Under the pieces are notes generated by a model. The model was not told the origin of the DNA. It did no database searches and worked only from the letters and a program-made list of their open reading frames with translations. From Eubacteriales bacterium (GTDB lineage Bacteria; Bacillota; Clostridia; Oscillospirales; CAG-382), in NCBI GenBank assembly GCA_045651025.1, contig JAZRRU010000070.1, positions 1-41,878 on the forward strand: 41,878 nt of DNA, written 5' to 3'. Each line of letters begins with the position of its first letter. Position 1 is the stretch's first letter. The position numbers and the translations under genes are program-made. This document shows, in pieces, positions 31,679 through 40,216 of the stretch.

Positions 31679-33407
31679 TTCTCAAACTCCTTTCTTTTTC
31701 TCTTGTTTTGAGTGCGATTCCGTGCAGGGTGAACCTGCCTTTTCCCGATGCGGTTATCCTTAACGAAAACGGAGTTGCGCGTTTTAGCGACGGTCTGCAT
31801 GCGATCCGCATGAACCCGTCGGAATCGTTACCGAACGAAAAACTGCGCTGCGCGCCGTCTTCGACTGAGCCCTTTTTGACTTCGATTTGAATCTCAATCG
31901 GACCTTCCTTGTGCAGATCCGACTCAAGAGCAACGAGATCGCATCGTCCGCTCTTTCTCGGACCCGCTACGTAGGCGCTTTCCCATACCGCTTCGATCTC
32001 CTCATCGGTCTCGATGTCGTTCGAGAAAACGAAAATACCGTTTTCTTTTATCAAAAACAGCTTTTTCCCGAAAACCGAAAAACGCTTTCCCTCAAACCCG
32101 TCGTAAATATACCAGAACCCGTTTCCGTAGTTGTAGACATACGCGGTGCTTTCGTGGATGAAAAAAAGCTCTCGGTTCGCCTGAAAATCAAAGATCGCAA
32201 GATTCTCAAAATTGCCGCCCAGAATACCCGAGATCGCCTCGTTGATCTCGTTTGAAAAGCAAACGGCGTTCTTCTCGTTCTGTACGTTCGTCGATTCCCA
32301 CATATTAAGCCCGTCGTCACAAAGCGTGACAGGGCGGTTGTTCACGATACAGCCGTCGGTTTCAAAAAGACACCCCTTGCTTCCGTTTAGGTTAAAAACA
32401 GGAAACGATGAATAGGTGTTCCCGAGCGCGTCTTTTTGAAGATCACAGTAAGAATAATATGCTTGATCCTTCGTGAATATAAGCTGTCTGTCATATTGCT
32501 GCACGATGCAGGTTATCTTGCCGTTGCCGATCACTGTGAACGCGTTTACAGGGAAGTATTCAACGCTCGGGATTCCGTCTGCGAGCTCGGAATGGAATCG
32601 GTAGTTCGGAAGCTCGGGATTACCCCAGAGAAATGCACGTCCGTCGGAATTACCGCCGAACAGCATGATCTTCGTGCAACCGAAAATTCGTTTCTTGTCA
32701 CTGTCGCTGTTTTTCTTCGAGTAGACGACTTCAAGGTTGTTTATCCCCTCGGGCGGCGGACTCGAAAAATTGATTTCCTTTTGATCGTTGAGAGAGTATT
32801 CTTCCGTATATTCTTCTCCGTCGAGCTTGACCGAAACGATGGAGTCGATCTCGGTCTCGGGCAGAACGTAGCTTGTCGCACTTCCGTCGCAGGAGAAGAG
32901 AACTCTCCTCTTGTCGGAAATGAGGTTTATCTGCTCGAAAATTTCGCCCGCCCCCGTCGGCGAGACTCCGATAGCCACACAGGGAATATATCCCTCGACC
33001 TCAGTGAGAACACTTCCGTCGAATTTCCCGTAATAACTACTGGTTTTGATATAAAGATATCCGTTGAACTCAAACATAATACAGTCCTCGGAGTCGATTT
33101 CGCCGATCGATACGGGTCTCGGTTGTTCTTGAGTAATATCAAGGTAATAAAGCCGTCCGTCCATGGAGACGACGATCAACTCCTTGCCCTTAAGCATCCC
33201 CGTCCATAACCCTCGCACGGGGAGATCACGGCTTTCCTCTCCGTCAAAAAACCCAAAACGAAGTATGAGCTTTATTGCATTGCGTTTTACGAGAGAACCG
33301 CTGTCGGTAACACGAAAATTCTTCATATACCTCGCGACGCCGATTCCGTTTTGGAGCTTGGCTCGCATATCGATCCCCGAAAAACCCTTTTCTGTGCCGA
33401 GTATCAT
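31665..33407 (-). CDS. phage-like 580-aa beta-rich structural protein (nozzle/tail-tubular-B-like or tailspike-like)
   Basis: Size, position after the adaptor-like gene, and repeated Gly/aromatic beta-strand-like blocks suggest a propeller. A 4-nt overlap links it to the upstream gene. The function is inferred from synteny only. Confidence 0.5.
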   Translation of the reverse strand: MILGTEKGFSGIDMRAKLQNGIGVARYMKNFRVTDSGSLVKRNAIKLILRFGFFDGEESRDLPVRGLWTGMLKGKELIVVSMDGRLYYLDITQEQPRPVSIGEIDSEDCIMFEFNGYLYIKTSSYYGKFDGSVLTEVEGYIPCVAIGVSPTGAGEIFEQINLISDKRRVLFSCDGSATSYVLPETEIDSIVSVKLDGEEYTEEYSLNDQKEINFSSPPPEGINNLEVVYSKKNSDSDKKRIFGCTKIMLFGGNSDGRAFLWGNPELPNYRFHSELADGIPSVEYFPVNAFTVIGNGKITCIVQQYDRQLIFTKDQAYYSYCDLQKDALGNTYSSFPVFNLNGSKGCLFETDGCIVNNRPVTLCDDGLNMWESTNVQNEKNAVCFSNEINEAISGILGGNFENLAIFDFQANRELFFIHESTAYVYNYGNGFWYIYDGFEGKRFSVFGKKLFLIKENGIFVFSNDIETDEEIEAVWESAYVAGPRKSGRCDLVALESDLHKEGPIEIQIEVKKGSVEDGAQRSFSFGNDSDGFMRIACRPSLKRATPFSLRITASGKGRFTLHGIALKTREKERSLRNGLQ

Positions 33408-33787
33408 GCATATACCTCCGTTATCGAAACGGTTCGCGCTTTACCGAACCTTATCGCTCGCTCGCGTGCGTCGTGATAGAGCTTGTGAAAGTTTGCGGCA
33501 AGCTCGTCGTCCTCACCGAGAAGCAACAAGCGCGAAAGCCCGTAGGGAAGTATACCCGACGAAACGACGTCACTGCAAACGAGCTTGTCGTCGATCGACA
33601 GAATCGATTCGACACGATGCTCGATACGGCGGATTCTTGAGTCGATTTCCGCGTTCTCCGCAAGAAGTATGTTTATCAGCGAAACCGCTCTTTGCTGCAT
33701 GTCGGAAACGTCGTTCGGAATACTTCCGTCTGACTTCCTTAGACCGCATAGGTCAAGCGAAATTTCAAAAAGTTCTTTTCCTGTCAT
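33404..33787 (-). CDS. phage-like head-tail adaptor/connector candidate (127 aa)
   Basis: AAAGGAGGA RBS. A small helical protein located between the head and tail-like genes. No motif recognised. Confidence 0.45.
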   Translation of the reverse strand: MTGKELFEISLDLCGLRKSDGSIPNDVSDMQQRAVSLINILLAENAEIDSRIRRIEHRVESILSIDDKLVCSDVVSSGILPYGLSRLLLLGEDDELAANFHKLYHDARERAIRFGKARTVSITEVYA

Positions 33788-33822
33788 TTTGTCCTCCTTT
33801 GTATTTCTTATTTTAAAATGAA

Positions 33823-33851
33823 GGGCTGCCTCAAAAAATTTTGGGCAGCCC
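33823..33851 (-). terminator. intra-operon hairpin (attenuating terminator) after the head genes
   Basis: GGGCTGCC-N13-GGCAGCCC on the minus strand, followed by TTCATTTT. It lies between the 124-aa and 127-aa genes. Confidence 0.55.
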
Positions 33852-33856
33852 GGACA

Positions 33857-34231
33857 TTAGTGATTAATTACGGGAGTGTACTTGACAAAGCAGATCTTGA
33901 TGCCCTGCTGACCGAGAGATGCTCCGTTTGTGTTGACGAATTTGAATTCACCGAACCCGTCGTTCTTCTTGATGCCCTTTGTCGTGATGTTAACGACGTT
34001 GAGAGATTTTGCCGTAAGAGGTACTCTGACCTCGCCGTAACCCGCTTCGGAAGGCAAGCAGGAAAGAACGATGTCCGATGCAGAGGAAGCGGTGGTATCA
34101 ACGATAACGGTGATGCTGTCCTTCGCGTCGGAAAGATCGGCGGTAAAAACCGCGTCGGTCACCTCGGAAAGTGCGATTGCGTTCGCCTTGAAAAGACCGT
34201 TTGTGCTGTATGCGTTAACGTTCTGTGCCAT
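33857..34231 (-). CDS. phage-like 124-aa beta-rich protein (head decoration/Ig-like candidate)
   Basis: Immediately downstream of the capsid gene with a GGAGA-type RBS. A hairpin follows. The function is inferred from position. Confidence 0.45.
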   Translation of the reverse strand: MAQNVNAYSTNGLFKANAIALSEVTDAVFTADLSDAKDSITVIVDTTASSASDIVLSCLPSEAGYGEVRVPLTAKSLNVVNITTKGIKKNDGFGEFKFVNTNGASLGQQGIKICFVKYTPVINH

Positions 34232-34248
34232 ATTAAGTTCTCCTTTCG

Positions 34249-35079
34249 TTATTCAATGACGTTTCCGCCGTCGATTACGGGACAGCAGACGAGCTCGTTG
34301 GGCTTGATTACCTTTGCGCCGAAAACGAGGCGGCCTCGAACTGCCTTGTCGAACGAGTTCTCGAGTCGGTCGAGAACCTGAGTTTCGAGCACCTGCTCTG
34401 CGTAGGCGATTGCCGAGTAAGAGCCGGCAAGCATCATGGTGTTGCCGTTTTCGTCCTTTGCAAGCTGGTTGGAAACGAAGATATCGCAACCGAGCTCGTT
34501 CGTGAAAGCAACTGCACCCGTGCCGTTAACGCCGTTGTTGATCTGGAATTTGATGCCCGCGAGCATGAGCTTCGTCTTGATGAACGGGGGTACGACGATC
34601 CAGGTTCTTCCGTCGGGAACGTTCGCTTCCTCGAGCTTCTGCTTCATTTCTGCAATAAGCTGCAAAACGTTCGAGGGAGTGACCTCGGATTCGTCCATCA
34701 TAGAGCCCGCTTCGTCATAAAGCGAGAAGACGTAAGTATCGACTTCGTTTTTGAGAAGATAGCTGGCTCTCTTTGTCTGGCTGTCCTCGAGACCGATCGA
34801 GGAACGGAGTGCTTCGATGTCCTTGATCTTGAAGGAGAACGCCTTGTCCTGATCGATAAGAAGCTGAAGGGAAGCGTCGTCGATGTCCTCATAGGTGATA
34901 CTGCCCTCATAGTCGTAAACGGTCGGGTCGTTAAGACCGATAAAGATAACGCTGTCACCGCAGTTCTTTATGTCGCCTGCAAACTGAGTGTTGCAGACGG
35001 TGTTTGCGAGAAGGTTGTCTTCGTTTGTGCGGAGGATCTCCGCGCTGATGATTTTTTCAATGCTGTTGTAGTTAGCCAA
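34249..35079 (-). CDS. phage major capsid protein, small HK97-fold (P22-coat-like) candidate
   Basis: 276 aa following the scaffold-like gene with a GGAGG RBS. The pattern (K..SYLLKNEVDTYVFSLY; WIVVPPFIKTKLMLAG; MLAGSYSAIAYA) resembles the coat-protein families of short-tailed phages. Confidence 0.65.
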   Translation of the reverse strand: MANYNSIEKIISAEILRTNEDNLLANTVCNTQFAGDIKNCGDSVIFIGLNDPTVYDYEGSITYEDIDDASLQLLIDQDKAFSFKIKDIEALRSSIGLEDSQTKRASYLLKNEVDTYVFSLYDEAGSMMDESEVTPSNVLQLIAEMKQKLEEANVPDGRTWIVVPPFIKTKLMLAGIKFQINNGVNGTGAVAFTNELGCDIFVSNQLAKDENGNTMMLAGSYSAIAYAEQVLETQVLDRLENSFDKAVRGRLVFGAKVIKPNELVCCPVIDGGNVIE

Positions 35080-35090
35080 ATTATTACCTC

Positions 35091-35633
35091 CTAAAATCTC
35101 CAGCCCTTCATGGCTCTGAGAATGTTTTTGTAGTTGTTTTTGATTTCGTTACCGCTCATCTTTTCAACGGCTTCTTTTGTGAATACCGGCTCGGTGGAGC
35201 CGTCGGATTCTGCGTATGCGCCGACCTTTGAGTTTCGTTCGTTCACGTCGCGGGCATATCTGTCAAGGCGGTCCTGCGCGACGGTATGAAGCGCAAAAGC
35301 ATGCGCAAGCGGAACACCGTTAGAAACCTCTGCCCAGACCGCTTCGGGAATTTCCTCGGGTGCGACCTCGGGAAAAAGCTCCTTGAATTTTTCGATCTGA
35401 AGCGCGGTTTCGTTTTCGTCTCTCTTGAGACGGTCCTGCTTTCTCGTTTCCTTTTTGAGTTCTCGCGCGGCGGTAAGCTCCTGAACGATACTTTCGGGCA
35501 ACCCGTCGAGATTCATCGGCTGTTCGCCGAACTCTTCTTCGATTCTGAAAAGGAATTCGTCGATTCTAAGCCCCGCCATATCCGCGAGATCATAAATAGT
35601 ATCGAGAATCTGCTCATTGTTGATGGTTTTCAA
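35091..35633 (-). CDS. phage scaffolding protein candidate
   Basis: 180-aa, highly charged helical protein between the portal and capsid genes. It overlaps the portal 3' end by 20 nt. Confidence 0.55.
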   Translation of the reverse strand: MKTINNEQILDTIYDLADMAGLRIDEFLFRIEEEFGEQPMNLDGLPESIVQELTAARELKKETRKQDRLKRDENETALQIEKFKELFPEVAPEEIPEAVWAEVSNGVPLAHAFALHTVAQDRLDRYARDVNERNSKVGAYAESDGSTEPVFTKEAVEKMSGNEIKNNYKNILRAMKGWRF

Positions 35634-37206
35634 TCTCTGTCAAATCCTGTCCTTCCTGTCCGACCGCTTCTTCGGCCTGACGTATTTCTTCGATAAGTCC
35701 GTCCTTGTCGGGAATAAGTCCCTCGGGCAGACGCTCTAAATATTGCACGGTTGAAATGCGGTTGAGCTTAAGCAACGCATCAAGCGTGTTGAGCGAGGAA
35801 ATCTCACTCCAATAACTGCTTGCACCGACGTCAACTTTGCAGTTGAACAACGCGTTCTTGTATTTCGAAAACGAAAACGGCTCGTAGCTTCCTTTTCCGT
35901 CTTCGCCGACATCAACGAGACGCTTGTCGTCATAGTATGAAAACATAAAATCAAGCCAGATAAGTCCGATGTCCTCAACGAACTGATAGACGTTTCGTTT
36001 TACGTTTTCAAGAGGCACCGCCGAAGCGTTCTGGAGCGCGAGAATCGCACTCGTGTTGTTGGGTGCAACATCGCCGAGCGCCGCATCGTTCGCACCGAGA
36101 AACTCCTTCGTGTGGCTGATAGCCAGTGATAGAACCTCGAGCATACCCGATTGCATCTGACCGGGCGAGATGACCTTTGCAACGCTCTCAACGGGACCGT
36201 TGACGGCAATTGCCTCTCCGACTCTGTCCGACCATTCATCAAGCATGGTAGAGTCGTATACGACCTTCGAAAACGCGGTATCCATCATGTGCTTCATAAC
36301 CATAGCGAAGCCCTTGTTGATGAATATCTGGTTGTCGATAAGCCCTGTGCCGACCGCCTGCCCGTGCCATGAATTCTTTATCGCCGACCAGTTAAAAAAC
36401 GCGATGGGGTAGAGCGAAAGCATCGTTTCGGTCGTGTCCTTGATAACTGCGTTTTTAACCGACTTGCGATAGAGAACCTTGCCGTTTTCGTCCTTCCAGA
36501 GCTTTATGAGCGAGATGCATTTCGTGCCCTGAAGCTCGATCTTTGCCATATCGCCCGATTGAGTAACGGTATCGTCGTCGGGAACGATCTTTTTTATCTC
36601 TTCCTTCGGAATCCCGTTCGCTTCTGCTTGGGTGATAAGCGATTCGACCGTTTCTCGCTGTGCGATGAGGATGTACGGCTGGTTTTGGACGTTCTTCGAG
36701 TTCGGGTCGCCGAAAAATACGTTCGTGTTGTCAAGCAAAACGCTCTTGAAATCACCCGTAAACGGCTGACCGGTCTTGATTTTGTCGTCCCAGTATGTGT
36801 AGCATACGGCATCACCCGAAACGGCGGCATCGGTAAGCGATGAGGCAAGCAGGTCGTTCATTTTGTTCTTTTCCCATCGCATGTCCGCGATGCGGTTGAG
36901 TTTGTCAGAGGCGATGCTCGCCTCCTCCTCGCCGAACCCGAGACCGCCGTACGGTGAAGTAAGAGAAAAGCGCATTTTTATGGGAGTCTGCATAATATTA
37001 CTCGTAAAATAGCCGATAATGCGCTTGAAGATGTTGAACACCGGCGTCGGCAATCCGCCTGAGTTAAGGTTGTCCCATTGATCGCCTCTGTAAAACCTTT
37101 CGTTCGTGTTCACTTTTTCATAGAGATTAATAGAGTAGTTGTATTCTTTGCCCTTCTCGTAGAGCTCCCACTCCTCCGTGAAGGACCTTCCTTTGCGGTT
37201 TTTCAT
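35614..37206 (-). CDS. phage portal protein
   Basis: 530 aa starting at MKNRKGRSF (ATG 37206, AAGGAGAAAG RBS, 10 nt after the terL stop). The N-terminal NERFYRGDQW motif and the size are typical of portal/connector proteins. The ORF-track start at 37347 lies inside terL. Confidence 0.75.
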   Translation of the reverse strand: MKNRKGRSFTEEWELYEKGKEYNYSINLYEKVNTNERFYRGDQWDNLNSGGLPTPVFNIFKRIIGYFTSNIMQTPIKMRFSLTSPYGGLGFGEEEASIASDKLNRIADMRWEKNKMNDLLASSLTDAAVSGDAVCYTYWDDKIKTGQPFTGDFKSVLLDNTNVFFGDPNSKNVQNQPYILIAQRETVESLITQAEANGIPKEEIKKIVPDDDTVTQSGDMAKIELQGTKCISLIKLWKDENGKVLYRKSVKNAVIKDTTETMLSLYPIAFFNWSAIKNSWHGQAVGTGLIDNQIFINKGFAMVMKHMMDTAFSKVVYDSTMLDEWSDRVGEAIAVNGPVESVAKVISPGQMQSGMLEVLSLAISHTKEFLGANDAALGDVAPNNTSAILALQNASAVPLENVKRNVYQFVEDIGLIWLDFMFSYYDDKRLVDVGEDGKGSYEPFSFSKYKNALFNCKVDVGASSYWSEISSLNTLDALLKLNRISTVQYLERLPEGLIPDKDGLIEEIRQAEEAVGQEGQDLTEIENHQQ

Positions 37207-37216
37207 CTTTCTCCTT

Positions 37217-38581
37217 TCAGTAGGAAAGAAATTCAGCGAAGTCGCCTGTGTTTTCGCTGTGTTTTGCTGTGTCAAATGCATAAATACTGCCTGTGAAGCG
37301 ATTTTTTTGCTTCGGCGGTGTTTTCGGCTGTCTTGACATAAGAGCATACCGTAACGCCTCCGGCGCGTGCGTTATCTCGTGGGGCGTGCTTGCGGCATCC
37401 TCGCGTATCCGCTCATCAAACCGAAGCAGGGGAATGCACCGTATCAGATTCGCGCATTTTCTCGAAATAAGAAGCTTTGCATCACCGCCGTAAGAAGCCC
37501 CCGCCTTGAGATATTCGCGAACGATACGCCACCCTGTAATTCGGCTGTTGTCCGCTTTTATCATGTGCGAAAGTCCTCGCGCGGTCATGATGTCAAACCC
37601 GCTTTTTCCGCTTTCCTGCCGCCTGTTCCAAAGATCGGGAGATGCGACGGTGTATCGAATACGCTCGTCCTTTTCGGTGAGAGAAAGAATCTTGTCCGCC
37701 GCTTCCGATAAAAGCAGATTGCTTTCATAAAGCTCTCGGTAGACGATGATCCTGCCGTTTTTGTCGCAGGCGCACCAGAGACAAGCCGTCATGTCAAGCC
37801 CATAGTCCAACGCCCGAAAACGAATCGCTCCGTCGGGGATGTCAACCTCACCGTCGATAATATGCCTTTTCGGGTCGAATTCGGGGAAAAAGGCGCCCTC
37901 AAAAGCATCCCAATCGCCGTAGAGCATTGCTTTCCGTCGAACCTCGGGGAGATTCATAAGAGTGTCAAGATATTCGGGGTTGTTCTCCATAATGAACTTG
38001 TTGTCGAACACGAGGGACTTTACAAAAAGATAGTCATCCGGATTCTCGTTCCCACGGAATTCTCGGTCGATGAACCGTCTTTTCACCCATTCGTGCCCAA
38101 CGCCGCCGGGGTTGCAGGTGAAGTACATTCTCGGTGCGAACCTCGTTTTCATATTCCCCGAGGCGCGGTTGCTCTCGGTCAGGGCGAGGAACTGAAACTC
38201 CGTGAAATGAGTCGCTTCCTCAAGCCCGATGACCTCGTACGCCTGCCCCTGAAACTGAAGAACGTCGTTTTCGCTGTCGCAGTACCCGAGCTTTATCCTC
38301 GAGCCGTTCTTGAACCGAAACTCCTTCTCACCCGCGATATATTTCGCCGCACCCTTTAGTAACGCCATCATAGGTAAAAGGTGATTCTCGCGAAGCTCCG
38401 CAAGCGTTCGCCTCAGAAGAAGAATCTGTATCCCGTCATAGTTCAAAGCGAGAAGTATAAGCTTCATTCTCATCGCCCAGCTTTTTCCGCCGCCTCTTGC
38501 TCCTCCGTAGGCGGTGTATTTTGCCGTCGATTCAAAAAACGCCTTCTGCTTTTCGTTCGGCTCGATGATAACCTCTCTCAT
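37217..38581 (-). CDS. terL: phage terminase large subunit
   Basis: Walker A YGGARGGGKSW, Walker B-like VIGLEEATHF, and a C-terminal RNaseH-like nuclease block (ALDYGLDMTACLW). An ATGA overlap links it to terS. Confidence 0.85.
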   Translation of the reverse strand: MREVIIEPNEKQKAFFESTAKYTAYGGARGGGKSWAMRMKLILLALNYDGIQILLLRRTLAELRENHLLPMMALLKGAAKYIAGEKEFRFKNGSRIKLGYCDSENDVLQFQGQAYEVIGLEEATHFTEFQFLALTESNRASGNMKTRFAPRMYFTCNPGGVGHEWVKRRFIDREFRGNENPDDYLFVKSLVFDNKFIMENNPEYLDTLMNLPEVRRKAMLYGDWDAFEGAFFPEFDPKRHIIDGEVDIPDGAIRFRALDYGLDMTACLWCACDKNGRIIVYRELYESNLLLSEAADKILSLTEKDERIRYTVASPDLWNRRQESGKSGFDIMTARGLSHMIKADNSRITGWRIVREYLKAGASYGGDAKLLISRKCANLIRCIPLLRFDERIREDAASTPHEITHAPEALRYALMSRQPKTPPKQKNRFTGSIYAFDTAKHSENTGDFAEFLSY

Positions 38582-38952
38582 TGTGCCCAGTCGGCTGCCT
38601 TTCCTTTGAAAATAACCTGCTCACTTGTGGCCTCGCTGTTTTCCTCGGGCTTGTCACGGTAACCGTGATTATTTTTCAGGTCAAAGGAAAGAACCGCCGC
38701 AGGTATCTTTCCGCCGAATGCGAGCTGCTTTTTGATCTTTGCGATTTTGTTTCTTGCAACCCGCAGCGTACGCCCGAACCTTTTGCTGTTCATCATAACG
38801 ATCATCTCGTCCCTCGTCGTCCCGAGATAATCCGCAAGCGATTCGATGTCTGCGACCTCACCGCTTTCGGGCAGATAAACGTCAAAGTACTGGGCAACGC
38901 GCCTCTCGCATTCCTTTTGCGAAGCAAAAGCTCCGCGCTTGTCGTTCTGCAT
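38578..38952 (-). CDS. terS: phage terminase small subunit candidate
   Basis: 124 aa with the N-terminal pattern VAQYFDVYLPESGEVADIESLADYLGTTRDEMIVMMN (HTH-like DNA-binding), as in small terminases. It is translationally coupled to terL. Confidence 0.6.
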   Translation of the reverse strand: MQNDKRGAFASQKECERRVAQYFDVYLPESGEVADIESLADYLGTTRDEMIVMMNSKRFGRTLRVARNKIAKIKKQLAFGGKIPAAVLSFDLKNNHGYRDKPEENSEATSEQVIFKGKAADWAQ

Positions 38953-39079
38953 TTCCCGTTCATTACCTCCTTCCGTTTCGCATTTGACGCATTTATTTTA
39001 AGCCGAAAAAAAGAAAACTTCATCCCGAATAAATCGGAACGAAGTCTCAAAAAAATCTCACTGAATTTTCAATCAAAAC

Positions 39080-39108
39080 AAAAAAGAGCCGAATCCTCGG
39101 CTCTTTTT
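39080..39108 (-). terminator. rho-independent terminator of lepA-hemW
   Basis: AGAGCCGA-GGAT-TCGGCTCT on the minus strand, followed by TTTTTTGTTTTG. It starts 2 nt after the hemW stop. Confidence 0.85.
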
Positions 39109-39109
39109 C

Positions 39110-40216
39110 TTATATTAATATCTCTGAAATAATACTGTTCGAAACACGAAAGCCCTTGCTGTTAAGACGAAGCACGCCGTCCTCAAAAACGCCGTACCCG
39201 AGGTCTGCAACCTTTTTCGCATATTCGTATGCATCTTCGGGGATTTCTGCGCCTCTCGCCGTACGAAGCCCGAGCATGATGCGTTCTTCGGCTTCTTCTT
39301 CGGGCGTAAGAAAGTCAACCTGCTCAAAATCCGTCGGCGCAAAAAGGGAAGTATAGCTTCGCTTGATGAATTCGTTCACGTCGGCAACAGCAGAAAACCG
39401 CTTTCCGCCAAAAAACGAATGTGCCCCTGCACCAAACCCAAAATACTCTCCGCATTCCCAGTAATTAAGATTGTGCTTCGATTCGAACCCGCTTTTTGAA
39501 AAGGACGAAATCTCATAGTGCGAGAATCCGTTTCCTTTCAAAAATTCGTACAGAAATTCATATTGCGCTTCTTCTCTGTCTTCGTCGGGGAAAACGAGCT
39601 CGTCCCTTTTGTTGAAAAGCGGCGTTCCTTCCTCGATCTGCAAGGAATACGCAGAAATATGATCTACGCCCGTGCCTACGATGTCGGAAACGCTTTTCCG
39701 GAACTCCGTACCGCTCTGATTCGGAAGCGCAAAAATAATGTCTCCGCTTATGTTGTAAAACCCTGCCTTGCGCGCGTCCGCGATGCAAATCTTGGCATCT
39801 TCAAAGGTATGAATACGCCCGAGCGACTTGAGTACTCTGTCGCTTGATGATTGAATACCGACCGAGAGCCGATTCGCACCAACTTGTCGAAGCTTCAAAA
39901 GTGCCTCAAAATCGACGGTCTTCGGATTCACCTCAACGGTTATTTCGCAATTCTCCGCGAGCTTGAAACGGCTTCGAACGGTCTCAATAAGCTCGCATAA
40001 CCTGTCTATCCCGAGTATCGGGGGCGTTCCTCCGCCGAAATATACGGTTCTAACCGTCTTTTCGGTCTCAAAAAACGAAACCTGACGCTTCAACGCCTCG
40101 AAATATTCCTGCTTCAAGTCCTCGCTTTGACCCGCGAGAGAGTAAAAAGCGCAGTAATCACACTTCTTTACACAAAACGGAATGTGAAAATAAAGCGAGA
40201 TGAAATTATTCGTCAT
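39110..40216 (-). CDS. hemW: radical SAM heme chaperone HemW (HemN-like, oxygen-independent coproporphyrinogen oxidase family)
   Basis: [16 protein letters not shown] radical-SAM CxxxCxxC cluster near the N-terminus, 368 aa, GGGTP motif, and the conserved position immediately downstream of lepA (11-nt overlap). Confidence 0.85.
   Translation of the reverse strand: MTNNFISLYFHIPFCVKKCDYCAFYSLAGQSEDLKQEYFEALKRQVSFFETEKTVRTVYFGGGTPPILGIDRLCELIETVRSRFKLAENCEITVEVNPKTVDFEALLKLRQVGANRLSVGIQSSSDRVLKSLGRIHTFEDAKICIADARKAGFYNISGDIIFALPNQSGTEFRKSVSDIVGTGVDHISAYSLQIEEGTPLFNKRDELVFPDEDREEAQYEFLYEFLKGNGFSHYEISSFSKSGFESKHNLNYWECGEYFGFGAGAHSFFGGKRFSAVADVNEFIKRSYTSLFAPTDFEQVDFLTPEEEAEERIMLGLRTARGAEIPEDAYEYAKKVADLGYGVFEDGVLRLNSKGFRVSNSIISEILI

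Larger units (their letters stand above)
29036..38952 (-). mobile_element. phage-derived structural/packaging/holin operon lacking integration, lysogeny, replication and endolysin modules (defective prophage or GTA-like element)
   Basis: Eleven or twelve co-oriented genes with overlapping or closely spaced boundaries, in the order terS-terL-portal-scaffold-capsid-...-holin. tRNA array lies on one side and hemW-lepA on the other. GC and codon choice look the same as the surrounding chromosome. Confidence 0.7.

Noticed and set aside
38802-39050. 82-aa minus-strand ORF whose internal ATG (38966) sits next to a GGAAGGAGG motif
   Set aside because: The SD-to-ATG spacing is only about 2 nt and the product is Arg/Lys-rich with no features. 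The overlapping frame starting at 38952 gives a terminase-small-subunit-like protein that is coupled to terL.
27617-39110. Search for attL/attR direct repeats bracketing the accessory segment (tRNA-Phe 3' end against the region upstream of terS and the hemW terminator)
   Set aside because: Only a low-complexity AAAAAGAAAA-type match was found by eye. No copy of the tRNA-Phe 3' end is visible near 38950-39110, so no att sites are claimed. A proper alignment could still reveal short cores.
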